Assembly (NCBI GenBank): GCA_035295865.1
Contig: DATGIH010000526.1
Span: 14,066 to 78,065, forward strand
From: Bryobacteraceae bacterium
GTDB taxonomy: Bacteria > Acidobacteriota > Terriglobia > Bryobacterales > Bryobacteraceae
DNA length: 64,000 nt
Direction: 5' to 3'
Part shown: positions 43,381 through 52,040 of the stretch, in pieces
Layout: every line of letters starts with the position of its first letter
How positions within the stretch are numbered: the stretch's first letter is position 1
The notes under the pieces: model-generated
Database searches by the model: none
The model's input: the letters and a program-made list of their open reading frames with translations, nothing else
Told to the model about the DNA's origin: nothing
Program-made: the position numbers and the translations under genes

Positions 43381-44855
43381 CTCGCCGCACTATTCTGGCG
43401 GCGGCTCCCGCGTTGATTGGTCTGGCGAAGAAAACAGACCGCCCCATCACCGGCAGCTTCGTCAACGACGCATTTCTGACTGGCCACCGATTGCGCGATC
43501 ATGCCACGTTCCAAAAGCCGGCGCATCAGCAGCGCGTCCCGATCGTAATTATCGGCGGCGGTATCGCCGGATTAAGCGCGGCTTGGGAACTCGACCGCCG
43601 CGGCATCCACGATTTTGTTTTGCTCGAAATGGAACAGCAAGCCGGCGGTAACTCGCGCTGGGGCGAAAACGAAATCTCGAAATTTCCCTGGGCTGCGCAC
43701 TACGTTCCTGTGCCCGCGAAAGGCGAGTCGCTCGCCCGCGAGCTTTTCGAAGAACTCGGCGTGTTCCGCGATGGCAAGTGGGACGACCGCGTGCTCTGCT
43801 TCGATCCCCAGGAGCGCCTCTTCCGCTACGGCCGCTGGCAGGAGGGCATCGAACCGGAAGCGGGAGCAAGTCCGGGCGATCGCGATCAGTATCGCCGCTT
43901 CAGTGAGAAGATCAACCAGTTCCGCGCCTCCGGCGAGTTCACCATTCCGATGCAGCGCGGCGCAAAGCTCTCGCCGCTCGACAAACTTTCGATGGCGGAT
44001 TGGCTTTCGAGTGAGCGCTTCGACTCGCCGTCGCTCCGCTGGTATATCAACTATGCATGCCGCGACGATTACGGCGCGCTCGCCCGCGATACTTCCGCGT
44101 GGGCCGGCATCCACTATTTCGCATCGCGCGATCCGGAGGAGAAGGGACCGCTTACCTGGCCCGAAGGTAACGGCTTCATCGCGCAGGCTTTGATCAAGAA
44201 GCTAAGCCGCTACATTTACACCGGCTCTGTGGTTTATCACGTCACGCGCGATCTGCACGTGCTGACCGAGCAAACCGAATACATCGCCGAAAAATTGATT
44301 TTCGCAGCGCCAACATTTCTTGCGCAGTATTTGGTAGAAGGCGCGCCGCCGGCGGCCGGCTTCCAATACTCGCCCTGGCTCACCGCCAACCTGACGCTCG
44401 ATCGAATTCCGGATCAAAAAGGCGCGGAACCTGCCTGGGACAACGTGATCTACGATTCCCCCGCGCTTGGTTACGTGAACGCAACACACATGAGTGTCGC
44501 CACTCACACCGAGCGAACGGTTTGGACGTTCTACTGGTCGCTCGCTGAGTACACGCCGCCTGCAGCTCGGACGCTCCTATTGGCCAAGGATTGGAACTAC
44601 TGGAAGGAAGCGATTCTAACGGATTTGTCACGCGCCCACCCGGATATCCGGCAGTGTGTGAGCCACATCGACATCATGCGGATGGGCCACGCGATGATTC
44701 GTCCGGCATCCGGGTTTATGTTTTCGGGCGAACGCGAGCGATGGTTAAAAGCGCAAGGCCGAATCCACTACGCAAATTCCGATTTGAGCGGATTTTCGAT
44801 TTTTGAAGAAGCGCAGTACCGGGGCGTAAGCGCTGCTCGGGACGCTATCCGCTAG
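43377..44855 (+). CDS. Tat-exported FAD-dependent oxidoreductase (amine-oxidase-like)
   Basis: The GTG at 43377 forms a GTGA overlap with the speE stop and gives the twin-arginine signal (M)TRRTILAAAPALIGLA. Dinucleotide fold VPIVIIGGGIAGLSAAWEL. Confidence 0.75.
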   Translation: MTRRTILAAAPALIGLAKKTDRPITGSFVNDAFLTGHRLRDHATFQKPAHQQRVPIVIIGGGIAGLSAAWELDRRGIHDFVLLEMEQQAGGNSRWGENEISKFPWAAHYVPVPAKGESLARELFEELGVFRDGKWDDRVLCFDPQERLFRYGRWQEGIEPEAGASPGDRDQYRRFSEKINQFRASGEFTIPMQRGAKLSPLDKLSMADWLSSERFDSPSLRWYINYACRDDYGALARDTSAWAGIHYFASRDPEEKGPLTWPEGNGFIAQALIKKLSRYIYTGSVVYHVTRDLHVLTEQTEYIAEKLIFAAPTFLAQYLVEGAPPAAGFQYSPWLTANLTLDRIPDQKGAEPAWDNVIYDSPALGYVNATHMSVATHTERTVWTFYWSLAEYTPPAARTLLLAKDWNYWKEAILTDLSRAHPDIRQCVSHIDIMRMGHAMIRPASGFMFSGERERWLKAQGRIHYANSDLSGFSIFEEAQYRGVSAARDAIR

Positions 44856-45255
44856 CGCCCTTCTGCTCCTGCTCTTCCACGAAATCCAAGATGTCGTAGC
44901 GTGGGACTTTTCGATCGGGGAAAAAGCTGTTCACAGCTTCCACCTCATCCTGGTACGTTTCAAACACCGTATTCAGCTTCAGAATATCCGGCAGCCGTCC
45001 CTTGGTGTCGTTCAGATGCAGAAGCACGAGCTTGCCCCCGGCTTCCCGAAATCGTAACGCGGCGTTCACCAAAGTCCCGAGCCCCGTGGAGTCGATGTCG
45101 GAAACATCCTTCAGATTGACGATTATGTTGTGCCCGTCCGCGAACGTCTGCAGCCGCTGCCGCATCGCCGAATCCTCGGGCCCTAGTACCACGCGCCCCT
45201 TAAGGTCCAGGATGACAATTCCTTCATTCTTCCGTTCTTGGATTTCTAACTTCAT
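44845..45255 (-). CDS. STAS domain anti-sigma-factor antagonist (SpoIIAA-like)
   Basis: I place the start at the ATG at 45253-45255 (MKLEIQERKNEGIVILDLKGR). Phosphorylatable-serine context DVSDIDSTGLG. No partner kinase or phosphatase is nearby. Confidence 0.8.
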   Translation of the reverse strand: MKLEIQERKNEGIVILDLKGRVVLGPEDSAMRQRLQTFADGHNIIVNLKDVSDIDSTGLGTLVNAALRFREAGGKLVLLHLNDTKGRLPDILKLNTVFETYQDEVEAVNSFFPDRKVPRYDILDFVEEQEQKGASG

Positions 45256-45444
45256 GGTGGGCCTGCGTTCACCGGATCGAAAGCACGCCTTCGGCCAATC
45301 CGCACATGCCTTCGATCTCATTGCAACGACACAGCAGGGTCGGCCTGGCGTCGCCATCTTTGTCAGACAAGTGGCGAACTTTTGACACGCGTGGAGTGCG
45401 AAGTTACACAGGTCGATCCTTGGGTTATGCTTGATGAACGCTTT

Positions 45445-46254
45445 ATGCGGCATTGGCTGGTTCCAACGGCTTTTTTCTTAGCCGCACCCTGCCTGCATGC
45501 GGTGGAGCTTCGAAAAGAAACAGCGGACGAGTTCGACAAATACATTTCGAATCTGGAATCCCGGCTCAGCCCGCGGTGGCACGGCGAGAATTTTCTCTGG
45601 TCCGATACATCGCCGCAGCGCGACCAGCTACAAAAAGGCAACGTCGTAGTGCAACCGGCCCATGGTAACGGAACCGTCACGCTCAAGAACGCGTTGATCC
45701 AAGACTGGATGGGCGCCATCTTCATCCCATCCGCCAATCTCGCCTCGGTGCTGGCGGTGGCCCAGGATTATGCGCGTCACGCTGAAATCTACAAGCCGGA
45801 AGTGGCCGCCGCTATCCTGCGGTCACGCACGGGAAACGATTTCAGCGTCTACATGCGCATCGTGAAATCGAAATTCTTTCTGACGGACGTGCTGAACACC
45901 GAACACGAGATCCATTTCGTCCCGCTCGATGGAAAGCGCGTTTACAGCAAGGCATACAGCACCCGAATCGCGGAGGTGAATGACCCCGGCTCAGAAAAAG
46001 AGCGCGAGCTCCCGGTTGGCAAAGACAGGGGATTGCTTTGGCGGCTCTACGGTTACTGGTTCTATGAAGAGCGCGACGGTGGAGTGATCGTGGAATGCGA
46101 ATCCATCACGCTCACGCGCGACGTCCCGTTTGGAATGGGACACTTGCTCTCGCCGATCGTCCACGGTCTGCCGGCCGAATCGCTGCGCAAAGGCTTAGAA
46201 TCCACTCGCCGCGCAGTGTTGAACCACCCGCAATCCCAAAACCCCAATCCCTAA
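45445..46254 (+). CDS. Secreted hypothetical protein
   Basis: Signal peptide MRHWLVPTAFFLAAPCLHA. No motif I can assign with confidence. The C-terminus (QSQNPNP) runs into the C-rich heptamer tract. Confidence 0.55.
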   Translation: MRHWLVPTAFFLAAPCLHAVELRKETADEFDKYISNLESRLSPRWHGENFLWSDTSPQRDQLQKGNVVVQPAHGNGTVTLKNALIQDWMGAIFIPSANLASVLAVAQDYARHAEIYKPEVAAAILRSRTGNDFSVYMRIVKSKFFLTDVLNTEHEIHFVPLDGKRVYSKAYSTRIAEVNDPGSEKERELPVGKDRGLLWRLYGYWFYEERDGGVIVECESITLTRDVPFGMGHLLSPIVHGLPAESLRKGLESTRRAVLNHPQSQNPNP

Positions 46255-46280
46255 TCCCTAATCCCTAATCCCCCAACCCC
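46231..46280. repeat. Heptamer microsatellite (AATCCCT)n / G-quadruplex-type tract on the gyrA sense strand
   Basis: Sequence: caatcccaaaaccccaatccctaatccctaatccctaatcccccaacccc. It contains seven C-runs of 3-5 nt with 2-4 nt spacers. It spans the last codons of the + gene and the whole 25-bp gap before the gyrA stop. Confidence 0.8.
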
Positions 46281-48811
46281 TACTGCAGCGGCAACTGTCC
46301 CTCACCGCCGTTCGCCGTCCCGTTCTCATCCGGGACCACCGAAGCGGCGGCCGCCAGGTCGCCATCGTCCATGCGAACCAGCCGCACGCCTTGCGTCGAC
46401 CGGCCGGCTTGCCGGATCTCGCCCGATTCCAGGCGAATGATCTTGCCGTCCTTGGTGATGATCATCAGATCGGTGTCTTCCTTCACCGAAAGAATCGCCA
46501 CCACTTTGCCGATCTTGGGCGTCACCTTCATGTTGATCACGCCCTTGCCGCCGCGCGCTGTTAGCCGGTAATCCTCAAGCGGGGTGCGCTTGCCGTAACC
46601 GTGCTCGGAGATCGAAAGAATCAATCCTTCTTTCTCCACCACTTCGGCGCCGATGATATGATCGCCTTCCGCCAGATCCATCGCTCGTACGCCGCGCGCC
46701 GGACGGCCCATCGCGCGCACTTCTTTCTCGTGGAAGCGGATCGCTTTGCCGTCGTGCGTTCCCAGGAAAATGTAGTTTTCGCCGTTGGTCAGCCGCGCGC
46801 CCAGCAGCTCATCGTTGTCATCCAGCGACACGGCGATAATCCCGCGCGACATCGGATTGTCGAACTCCGTCAGCTCGCACTTCTTGATCACGCCTTGCTT
46901 GGTTACCATCACGATGTTCTGTCCGGCGACGAAATCCTTCACCGGCAGGAAAGTTTTCGCGGCTTCATCCGGCTGCAGATTCACCAGGCTCGATACATGT
47001 TTGCCCTTGCCCGTGGTTCCCGCATCCGGAATTTCATAGATCTTCAGCCAGTAAACGCGGCCCTTGGTGGTGAACACCAGCAGATAGGCGTGCGTGGACG
47101 CGACCACGAGATGCTCAACCACATCCTCGGTGCGGGTCCCCATCCCGATGCGGCCCTTGCCGCCGCGGGATTGCCGGCGATACGTGTCCACCGCGGTTCT
47201 CTTCAGATACCCGCCGTGCGTCACCGTCACCGCGACATCCTCCACCTGGATCAGATCCTCCAGATGAATCTCGCCGGTGTCTTCGATGATTTGCGTGCGG
47301 CGCTCGTCCCCGAACTCCTTCTGGACTTCCTTCAACTCCTGCACGATGATGGAGCGCAGTTTTTTGTCGGACGCCAGAATCTCAAGGTACTCGGCGATCT
47401 CCACTTGAATGGCGGCCAATTCGTCGATGATCTTCTGGATCTCCATGCCGGTCAGGCGCTGGAGCTGAAGTTCGATGATGGCTTGCGCCTGCTTTTCGGT
47501 GAACTGGAAGCGCGCGATTAATCCGTCGCGGGCCTCTTTGGGAGTCCCGGCCGCGCGGATCAATTTGATCACGGCATCCAGATTCTCGATGGCTTTCTTG
47601 AATCCGAGCAGGATATGCTCGCGTTCGCGCGCTTTGCGCAGCAAGTAGTCCGTGCGGCGCCGCACCACTTCGATGCGGTGATCGATGAAGCGCTTCAGGA
47701 CGTCCACCAGACCAAGCTCGCGCGGCTGCCCGTTCACGATGGACAGCATGATCACGCCGAAATTGATCTGGAGCTGTGTGTGCTTGTATAGGTTGTTCAG
47801 CACCACTTCGGCCTGCTCGCCGCGCTTCAGCTCAAACACGATCCGCATACCGTCGCGGTCGCTCTCATCCCGGATTTCCGAGATCCCCTCAATCTTTTTG
47901 TCGTTTACCAGGCCGGCCGTAGTCTCAATCAGCCGGGCTTTGTTCACCTGATAGGGAATTTCGGTCACCACAATCGCTTCGCGATCCTTGCCGAATGCCT
48001 CGGTGGCGGCCTTGGCGCGCAGCTTCAACGTGCCGCGGCCTTTGGTGAAATAATCCAGGATGCCTTGCCGCCCCAAGATATATCCGGCGGTCGGGAAATC
48101 CGGACCCTGCACCAGATTCACGATCTCACTCGCGTGGGTGTCCGGCTTCTGCACCAGCAAAATCGTAGCGTTGATAATTTCGGTGAGGTTGTGCGGCGGA
48201 ATATTGGTCGCCATGCCGACCGCGATTCCTGACGATCCGTTGATTAGCAAATTCGGCACGCGCGTCGGCAAAACTTCCGGCTCGACGCGCCGTTCGTCGA
48301 AGTTCGGGCGAAAATCCACGGTCTCTTTATCCAGATCTTCGAGCAGCGCGGTATCGATGCGCGAAAGCCGGGCTTCCGTGTATCGATAGGCCGCCGGCGG
48401 ATCGCCATCCACCGAGCCGAAATTTCCCTGCCCATCGATCAGCGGATAGCGCAGCGAAAAATCCTGCGCCATGCGCACCAACGCGTCGTAAACCGGAATG
48501 TCGCCGTGCGGATGGTAATTGCCCAGCACCTCACCGACGATGCCCGCGCACTTGCGGTAGGCGCGGTTGAACGACAAACCCATCTCGGACATGGCGTACA
48601 GAATCCGCCGGTGGACGGGTTTCAAACCGTCGCGAATGTCCGGCAGTGCGCGCCCGATGATCACACTCATCGCGTAATCCAGATACGACCGGCGCATCTC
48701 ATCTTCGATATTGATGGGGATGATGTTCTGCCGGCCCTCACCGCCTAAAGGCATTTGCGAGCCGCCCGTGGGCGGCGTAGTCGGGGTATTCGGATCTTCC
48801 GGATTAGCCAA
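46280..48811 (-). CDS. gyrA: DNA gyrase subunit A
   Basis: [16 protein letters not shown], the active-site tyrosine context [10 protein letters not shown], the HPHGD QRDR region, and C-terminal beta-pinwheel repeats. Confidence 0.98.
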   Translation of the reverse strand: MANPEDPNTPTTPPTGGSQMPLGGEGRQNIIPINIEDEMRRSYLDYAMSVIIGRALPDIRDGLKPVHRRILYAMSEMGLSFNRAYRKCAGIVGEVLGNYHPHGDIPVYDALVRMAQDFSLRYPLIDGQGNFGSVDGDPPAAYRYTEARLSRIDTALLEDLDKETVDFRPNFDERRVEPEVLPTRVPNLLINGSSGIAVGMATNIPPHNLTEIINATILLVQKPDTHASEIVNLVQGPDFPTAGYILGRQGILDYFTKGRGTLKLRAKAATEAFGKDREAIVVTEIPYQVNKARLIETTAGLVNDKKIEGISEIRDESDRDGMRIVFELKRGEQAEVVLNNLYKHTQLQINFGVIMLSIVNGQPRELGLVDVLKRFIDHRIEVVRRRTDYLLRKAREREHILLGFKKAIENLDAVIKLIRAAGTPKEARDGLIARFQFTEKQAQAIIELQLQRLTGMEIQKIIDELAAIQVEIAEYLEILASDKKLRSIIVQELKEVQKEFGDERRTQIIEDTGEIHLEDLIQVEDVAVTVTHGGYLKRTAVDTYRRQSRGGKGRIGMGTRTEDVVEHLVVASTHAYLLVFTTKGRVYWLKIYEIPDAGTTGKGKHVSSLVNLQPDEAAKTFLPVKDFVAGQNIVMVTKQGVIKKCELTEFDNPMSRGIIAVSLDDNDELLGARLTNGENYIFLGTHDGKAIRFHEKEVRAMGRPARGVRAMDLAEGDHIIGAEVVEKEGLILSISEHGYGKRTPLEDYRLTARGGKGVINMKVTPKIGKVVAILSVKEDTDLMIITKDGKIIRLESGEIRQAGRSTQGVRLVRMDDGDLAAAASVVPDENGTANGGEGQLPLQ

Positions 48812-48949
48812 GCTTTAACTCCTTGAAAACACAGGGCTGGACAGCCCAAGAATGGTGCCTGCTTTAAACCAATATTTTACCAGAACCGGCCTCCCCGCCA
48901 CCGGCTTTTTTCGCGGCCATTTTCCGCGATAAACTTGGTGTTCGTTCCC

Positions 48950-49474
48950 ATGCTGAAACACGGATTCGACATGCACCGCGTCTTCCTCTCGGCTCCGGGC
49001 GACCTCGAACGAGAGCGCGAGGCTTGCCGCGCCGCAATATCGGACGTCAATTCCGCAAGCGCCATGCCTGCGAAGATTTTGCTCGTTACGGTCGGCCTGA
49101 CCAGCGACGACGCGATTGTTGGCTATCGGTCGGCTGTGGCCGAGAACATTCGTGCCTCCGCCTACTATGTGCAAGTCTTCGACGACGATTGGGGGCCCAA
49201 GGATCTTTTCCGGAAGATGTTCTTTCTCGCGGTCGAGTGCCGCGACGATCCAAATTTTCCGATGCAGGAGTTGGTGGTGTTTTTGAAAGACGCCCCGCGC
49301 GAACAGGATCCGGAAATTCTCGCATTTCGCAAAGAGCTGCGGGAGCAGTCCTGCGTGCGTGCCTATGTATTCGACAATCCCGAGGCCTTGAAGAAACAGT
49401 TGGAGCAGGTGTCGAGCGAGTGGGTCCGTCAGCTCATCGCGGCGGGTCCCGGTGAATCCAGCCATTCACAGTGA
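48950..49474 (+). CDS. Hypothetical protein, DUF4062-like N-terminus
   Basis: HRVFLSAPGDLEREREACRAAI resembles the (V/I)F(I/L)S-x3-DL-x2-ER start of DUF4062 domains. The start is ambiguous (48935 TTG, 48950 ATG or 48971 ATG). The 3' end overlaps the convergent oxygenase gene by 41 nt. Confidence 0.4.
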   Translation: MLKHGFDMHRVFLSAPGDLEREREACRAAISDVNSASAMPAKILLVTVGLTSDDAIVGYRSAVAENIRASAYYVQVFDDDWGPKDLFRKMFFLAVECRDDPNFPMQELVVFLKDAPREQDPEILAFRKELREQSCVRAYVFDNPEALKKQLEQVSSEWVRQLIAAGPGESSHSQ

Positions 49475-49964
49475 ATCGGCTGTCGGCGAATGCTCGGGAT
49501 GGCGCGTGTACTGGCAGCACTTCGTGAACGGCGTTGCTCGGAAAAAGCACAAGGGTGTCGCCGCACGGCTCGACGGGGTTTGACGCAACGATCAACTCGC
49601 CGCCCGAAAAGCGCCGCGGCTCGCTGTGCAGAAAATAGACGAACGTTACGGCGCGCGTATCGTCCGGACCTCCGTCGATATGCGCTCGAAAGTAATCGCC
49701 GTCGTTCGAAGCCGCGATCTGATGCTCAATCCGGCCCTGCGGCGATATCCGCCTGAGCCGTTCCAAGAATGTCCCGACGCGTGGCTCCAGCGTCTCCAAC
49801 ACTCTCGCCCGCCGCACTCCTTCCACCACCGCGCGGCCTCCGCCGATCGACACGGTGGCTAAGGTGAAATGCGATTCGCGAGCCAGAACGGAATCGAGCA
49901 GCGCCAGCCGCGCTTCGCCCAGGAAGCCCGGGATGATCGTCAGACCAGGGGCGCCGGGTGCCAT
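49434..49964 (-). CDS. 2OG-Fe(II) oxygenase (prolyl-hydroxylase-like)
   Basis: The H-x-D...H facial triad is candidate HIDGG and HEV, followed by RFTVNGW. The FVYFLH...FSGGEL core is typical of the 2OG-FeII_Oxy_3 type. Confidence 0.75.
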   Translation of the reverse strand: MAPGAPGLTIIPGFLGEARLALLDSVLARESHFTLATVSIGGGRAVVEGVRRARVLETLEPRVGTFLERLRRISPQGRIEHQIAASNDGDYFRAHIDGGPDDTRAVTFVYFLHSEPRRFSGGELIVASNPVEPCGDTLVLFPSNAVHEVLPVHAPSRAFADSRFTVNGWIHRDPPR

Positions 49965-50422
49965 TCCATGAAATAGTTCATCGGATCTTCGCGCACGATC
50001 TGAAATCCGAGCCGACGGTGGAACTTCAGCGACCCGGGATTGAACCGGTCCACCATGGATTTGATCGGCAGCTTTGCGTTTTGCGCTTCCTGTTGCAACC
50101 GCTGCACCAGCACGGTTCCCAAACCCTTGCTCTGCACGTTCGGATGTAGGGCGATGTCCACCAGCAGAAAAGCGCGGTCCCCTGGCGCCACCCAGAGCCG
50201 ACCCACGGGCTTTGAATCGAGCAGCACCAGGTGATAGCAGGAGTTGGGAAATTGTTGCGTGTAGGAAGAGAGCTGCGCATGGAACTGCATCCGTAGCAGA
50301 TGCTCTTGTTGCGCGGGCGTCAGTTGGGTTAACGCAAAGAGCGGTCCCCGGATGGCCCGGTACAATTCGTACAGGAAGATTTCATCTTGCGCGAGAGCCG
50401 GACGAACCGCGAGAGTCGACAT
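49940..50422 (-). CDS. GNAT family N-acetyltransferase
   Basis: Acetyl-CoA binding motif-A-like QSKGLGTVLVQRL and the C-terminal FHRRLGF block. Confidence 0.8.
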   Translation of the reverse strand: MSTLAVRPALAQDEIFLYELYRAIRGPLFALTQLTPAQQEHLLRMQFHAQLSSYTQQFPNSCYHLVLLDSKPVGRLWVAPGDRAFLLVDIALHPNVQSKGLGTVLVQRLQQEAQNAKLPIKSMVDRFNPGSLKFHRRLGFQIVREDPMNYFMEWHPAPLV

Positions 50423-50452
50423 GTCGGACGAGCGCCGGGAGGGCCGCTGATG

Positions 50453-50980
50453 TTACGGCCGCGCTGGATAAATGCCTTGCAGCGCGATGCAGAAGTTGAG
50501 CACCAGGTACGGCATCATATTGTTGTGCGGCTGGTTATTGCCGATCACCCCGAGCATATTCTGATTCATGTTCACCAGCGGCGAGGTTGCCGTGGAGTAA
50601 ATCTGCGTTGCGGGGCCGGTGCACAGCGCATTACCGCCAGGAGATCCGCTGTTGGGAGGCGCGTCGTCGGGATCCGTCATGAAGTTGTGGTTGTGCCTCG
50701 GCATTTCGTTCAGCTGCAGCGTGACGAATTGACTTCCTCCGTTTTCCCCAATGCTGTACTGGCTAAGCCCTGAGCCGCTTCCCTGGCTGATCGACAGGTT
50801 GCCTTGCATATTCGGCAACGCGAAGTTGGACTTACCGTCGCCGCCGTAGTAGGTCCCGATCAAGGAGAAGAGCGCTGTGTTGGAGGAAATGGGGATGATT
50901 TGGCCATCGCAAAGCGCCCAGCCTTTGGGAGCGAAATTGCAACCGAAAACCCGAACTTCCGCGACAAATTGATCAGACAT
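50453..50980 (-). CDS. Phage tail collar domain protein (MdpB-like), paralog 3
   Basis: I place the start at the ATG at 50978-50980, preceded by an AAAGGAGA SD. Motifs: NFAPKGWALCDGQ...ISSNTALFSLIGTYYGGDGKSNFALPNMQG, EMPRHNH, and C-terminal PYLVLNFCIALQGIYP. Confidence 0.85.
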   Translation of the reverse strand: MSDQFVAEVRVFGCNFAPKGWALCDGQIIPISSNTALFSLIGTYYGGDGKSNFALPNMQGNLSISQGSGSGLSQYSIGENGGSQFVTLQLNEMPRHNHNFMTDPDDAPPNSGSPGGNALCTGPATQIYSTATSPLVNMNQNMLGVIGNNQPHNNMMPYLVLNFCIALQGIYPARP

Positions 50981-50993
50981 TCTGGTCTCCTTT

Positions 50994-51500
50994 CTAATTC
51001 CGGCTGGGGAAAACGCCAAACAGGCAGATGACCCAGTTCATAACAAGATAAGGCGACTGATTCGGATGCGCCTGGCTGCCGCCAGTCATGCTGATGTCCG
51101 AGGGGAACATTAGCGCCGGGCTATTGAGCGGGCCATATATGGTTAAGCTTCCGGCGGTGTTCGCCAGCAAATTGTTGGTCGGACTGACATTGTTTTGTAC
51201 AGCATTAATTGCTTGCACAAAATGCGGATGCGCCGGCATCTCGCCGGTGGTGAGCGTGTGGTTGATTTCTCCGCCCTTCTGGCCCTGCACGAAGCCACCG
51301 CCAAAATGCATCGCCGCCGACCCTTGCAAATTCGGAAGCGCAAAAGTCCGCTGGCCGTCGCCGCCGTAGGTGGTTCCAAGCAGCGCGAAAAGAGCCTGGT
51401 TACTGCTGATCTGCAAGAGTTGGCCGTTGCACTGTGCCCAGTTTTTGGGCGCGAAATTAAAGGAAACCAATTTCAATTCGCTGGTATATGGAGTAGGCAT
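50994..51500 (-). CDS. Phage tail collar domain protein (MdpB-like), paralog 2
   Basis: Motifs: NFAPKNWAQCNGQ...ISSNQALFALLGTTYGGDGQRTFALPNLQG, EMPAHPH, PYLVMNWVICLFGVFP. An AGAGGA SD sits upstream. Confidence 0.85.
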   Translation of the reverse strand: MPTPYTSELKLVSFNFAPKNWAQCNGQLLQISSNQALFALLGTTYGGDGQRTFALPNLQGSAAMHFGGGFVQGQKGGEINHTLTTGEMPAHPHFVQAINAVQNNVSPTNNLLANTAGSLTIYGPLNSPALMFPSDISMTGGSQAHPNQSPYLVMNWVICLFGVFPSRN

Positions 51501-51521
51501 GAATTCCTCTTCTTTTCCGCG

Positions 51522-52040
51522 TCAGTTCTGAGTGGGAAAAACACCGTATAGCGAAATCACCCAAGTCATAGTTAAAAACGGCTGCAGGTTGTTGTGGGGA
51601 ATGCTCCCTCCCGCCGGTGTTATGGCGGCGGCTGGGTTCATGGCACGTAGCGGCGTCGGGCTGGTGACATAAACCTGAGTCGCGGCCGCCGCGAGCGCGT
51701 TGTTCTGTGGAAAGTTGCTGTTTCCATTCACGTTCGACGCGTTCAACGGGTGGTTATGCGTAGGCAATTCCTGCGTGGTCAGCGTGACATTTTCCGTGCC
51801 GCCGCGCTGGCCGATAATGAACGGAGTTCCCCCGAAATTTCCCTGATGCAACGGTGAGCGGCCCTGCAAATCCGGCATTTGAAAGTTCTGTTGGCCGTCA
51901 CCGCCGTACGTTGTGCCAATGAGTTGGAACAGAGCCTCGTTGGAAGAGATAGCGATAGTTTGGCCGGAACACATTAACCAGCCGTTAGGCGCGAAGTTGA
52001 ACGCCACAAGGCGGCATTCACCAATATAAGGGTCGGACAT
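51522..52040 (-). CDS. Phage tail collar domain protein (MdpB-like), paralog 1
   Basis: Motifs: NFAPNGWLMCSGQ...ISSNEALFQLIGTTYGGDGQQNFQMPDLQG, ELPTHNH, PFLTMTWVISLYGVFP. An AAGGAG SD sits upstream. Confidence 0.85.
   Translation of the reverse strand: MSDPYIGECRLVAFNFAPNGWLMCSGQTIAISSNEALFQLIGTTYGGDGQQNFQMPDLQGRSPLHQGNFGGTPFIIGQRGGTENVTLTTQELPTHNHPLNASNVNGNSNFPQNNALAAAATQVYVTSPTPLRAMNPAAAITPAGGSIPHNNLQPFLTMTWVISLYGVFPTQN

Noticed and set aside
45256-45453. N-terminal extension of the STAS ORF
   Set aside because: It adds a Cys/His/Arg-rich segment with no similarity to STAS proteins. The MKLEIQERK start gives a normal ~136-aa SpoIIAA-like protein.
46246-46273. Telomere-like (GGGATTA)n repeat as evidence of a linear replicon end or eukaryotic contamination
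   Set aside because: There are only 3-4 units, flanked on both sides by ordinary bacterial genes (gyrA included). It is an internal microsatellite.
46601-47521. 306-aa ORF antisense to gyrA
   Set aside because: gyrA is unambiguous on the minus strand. The antisense translation is low-complexity and Arg/His/Leu-rich.
50453-52040. Tail-collar genes as a prophage remnant
   Set aside because: No integrase, capsid, terminase, tail tube or baseplate genes, att-like repeats or tRNA lie within about 10 kb on either side. The three genes are paralogs embedded in an operon with cellular enzymes.
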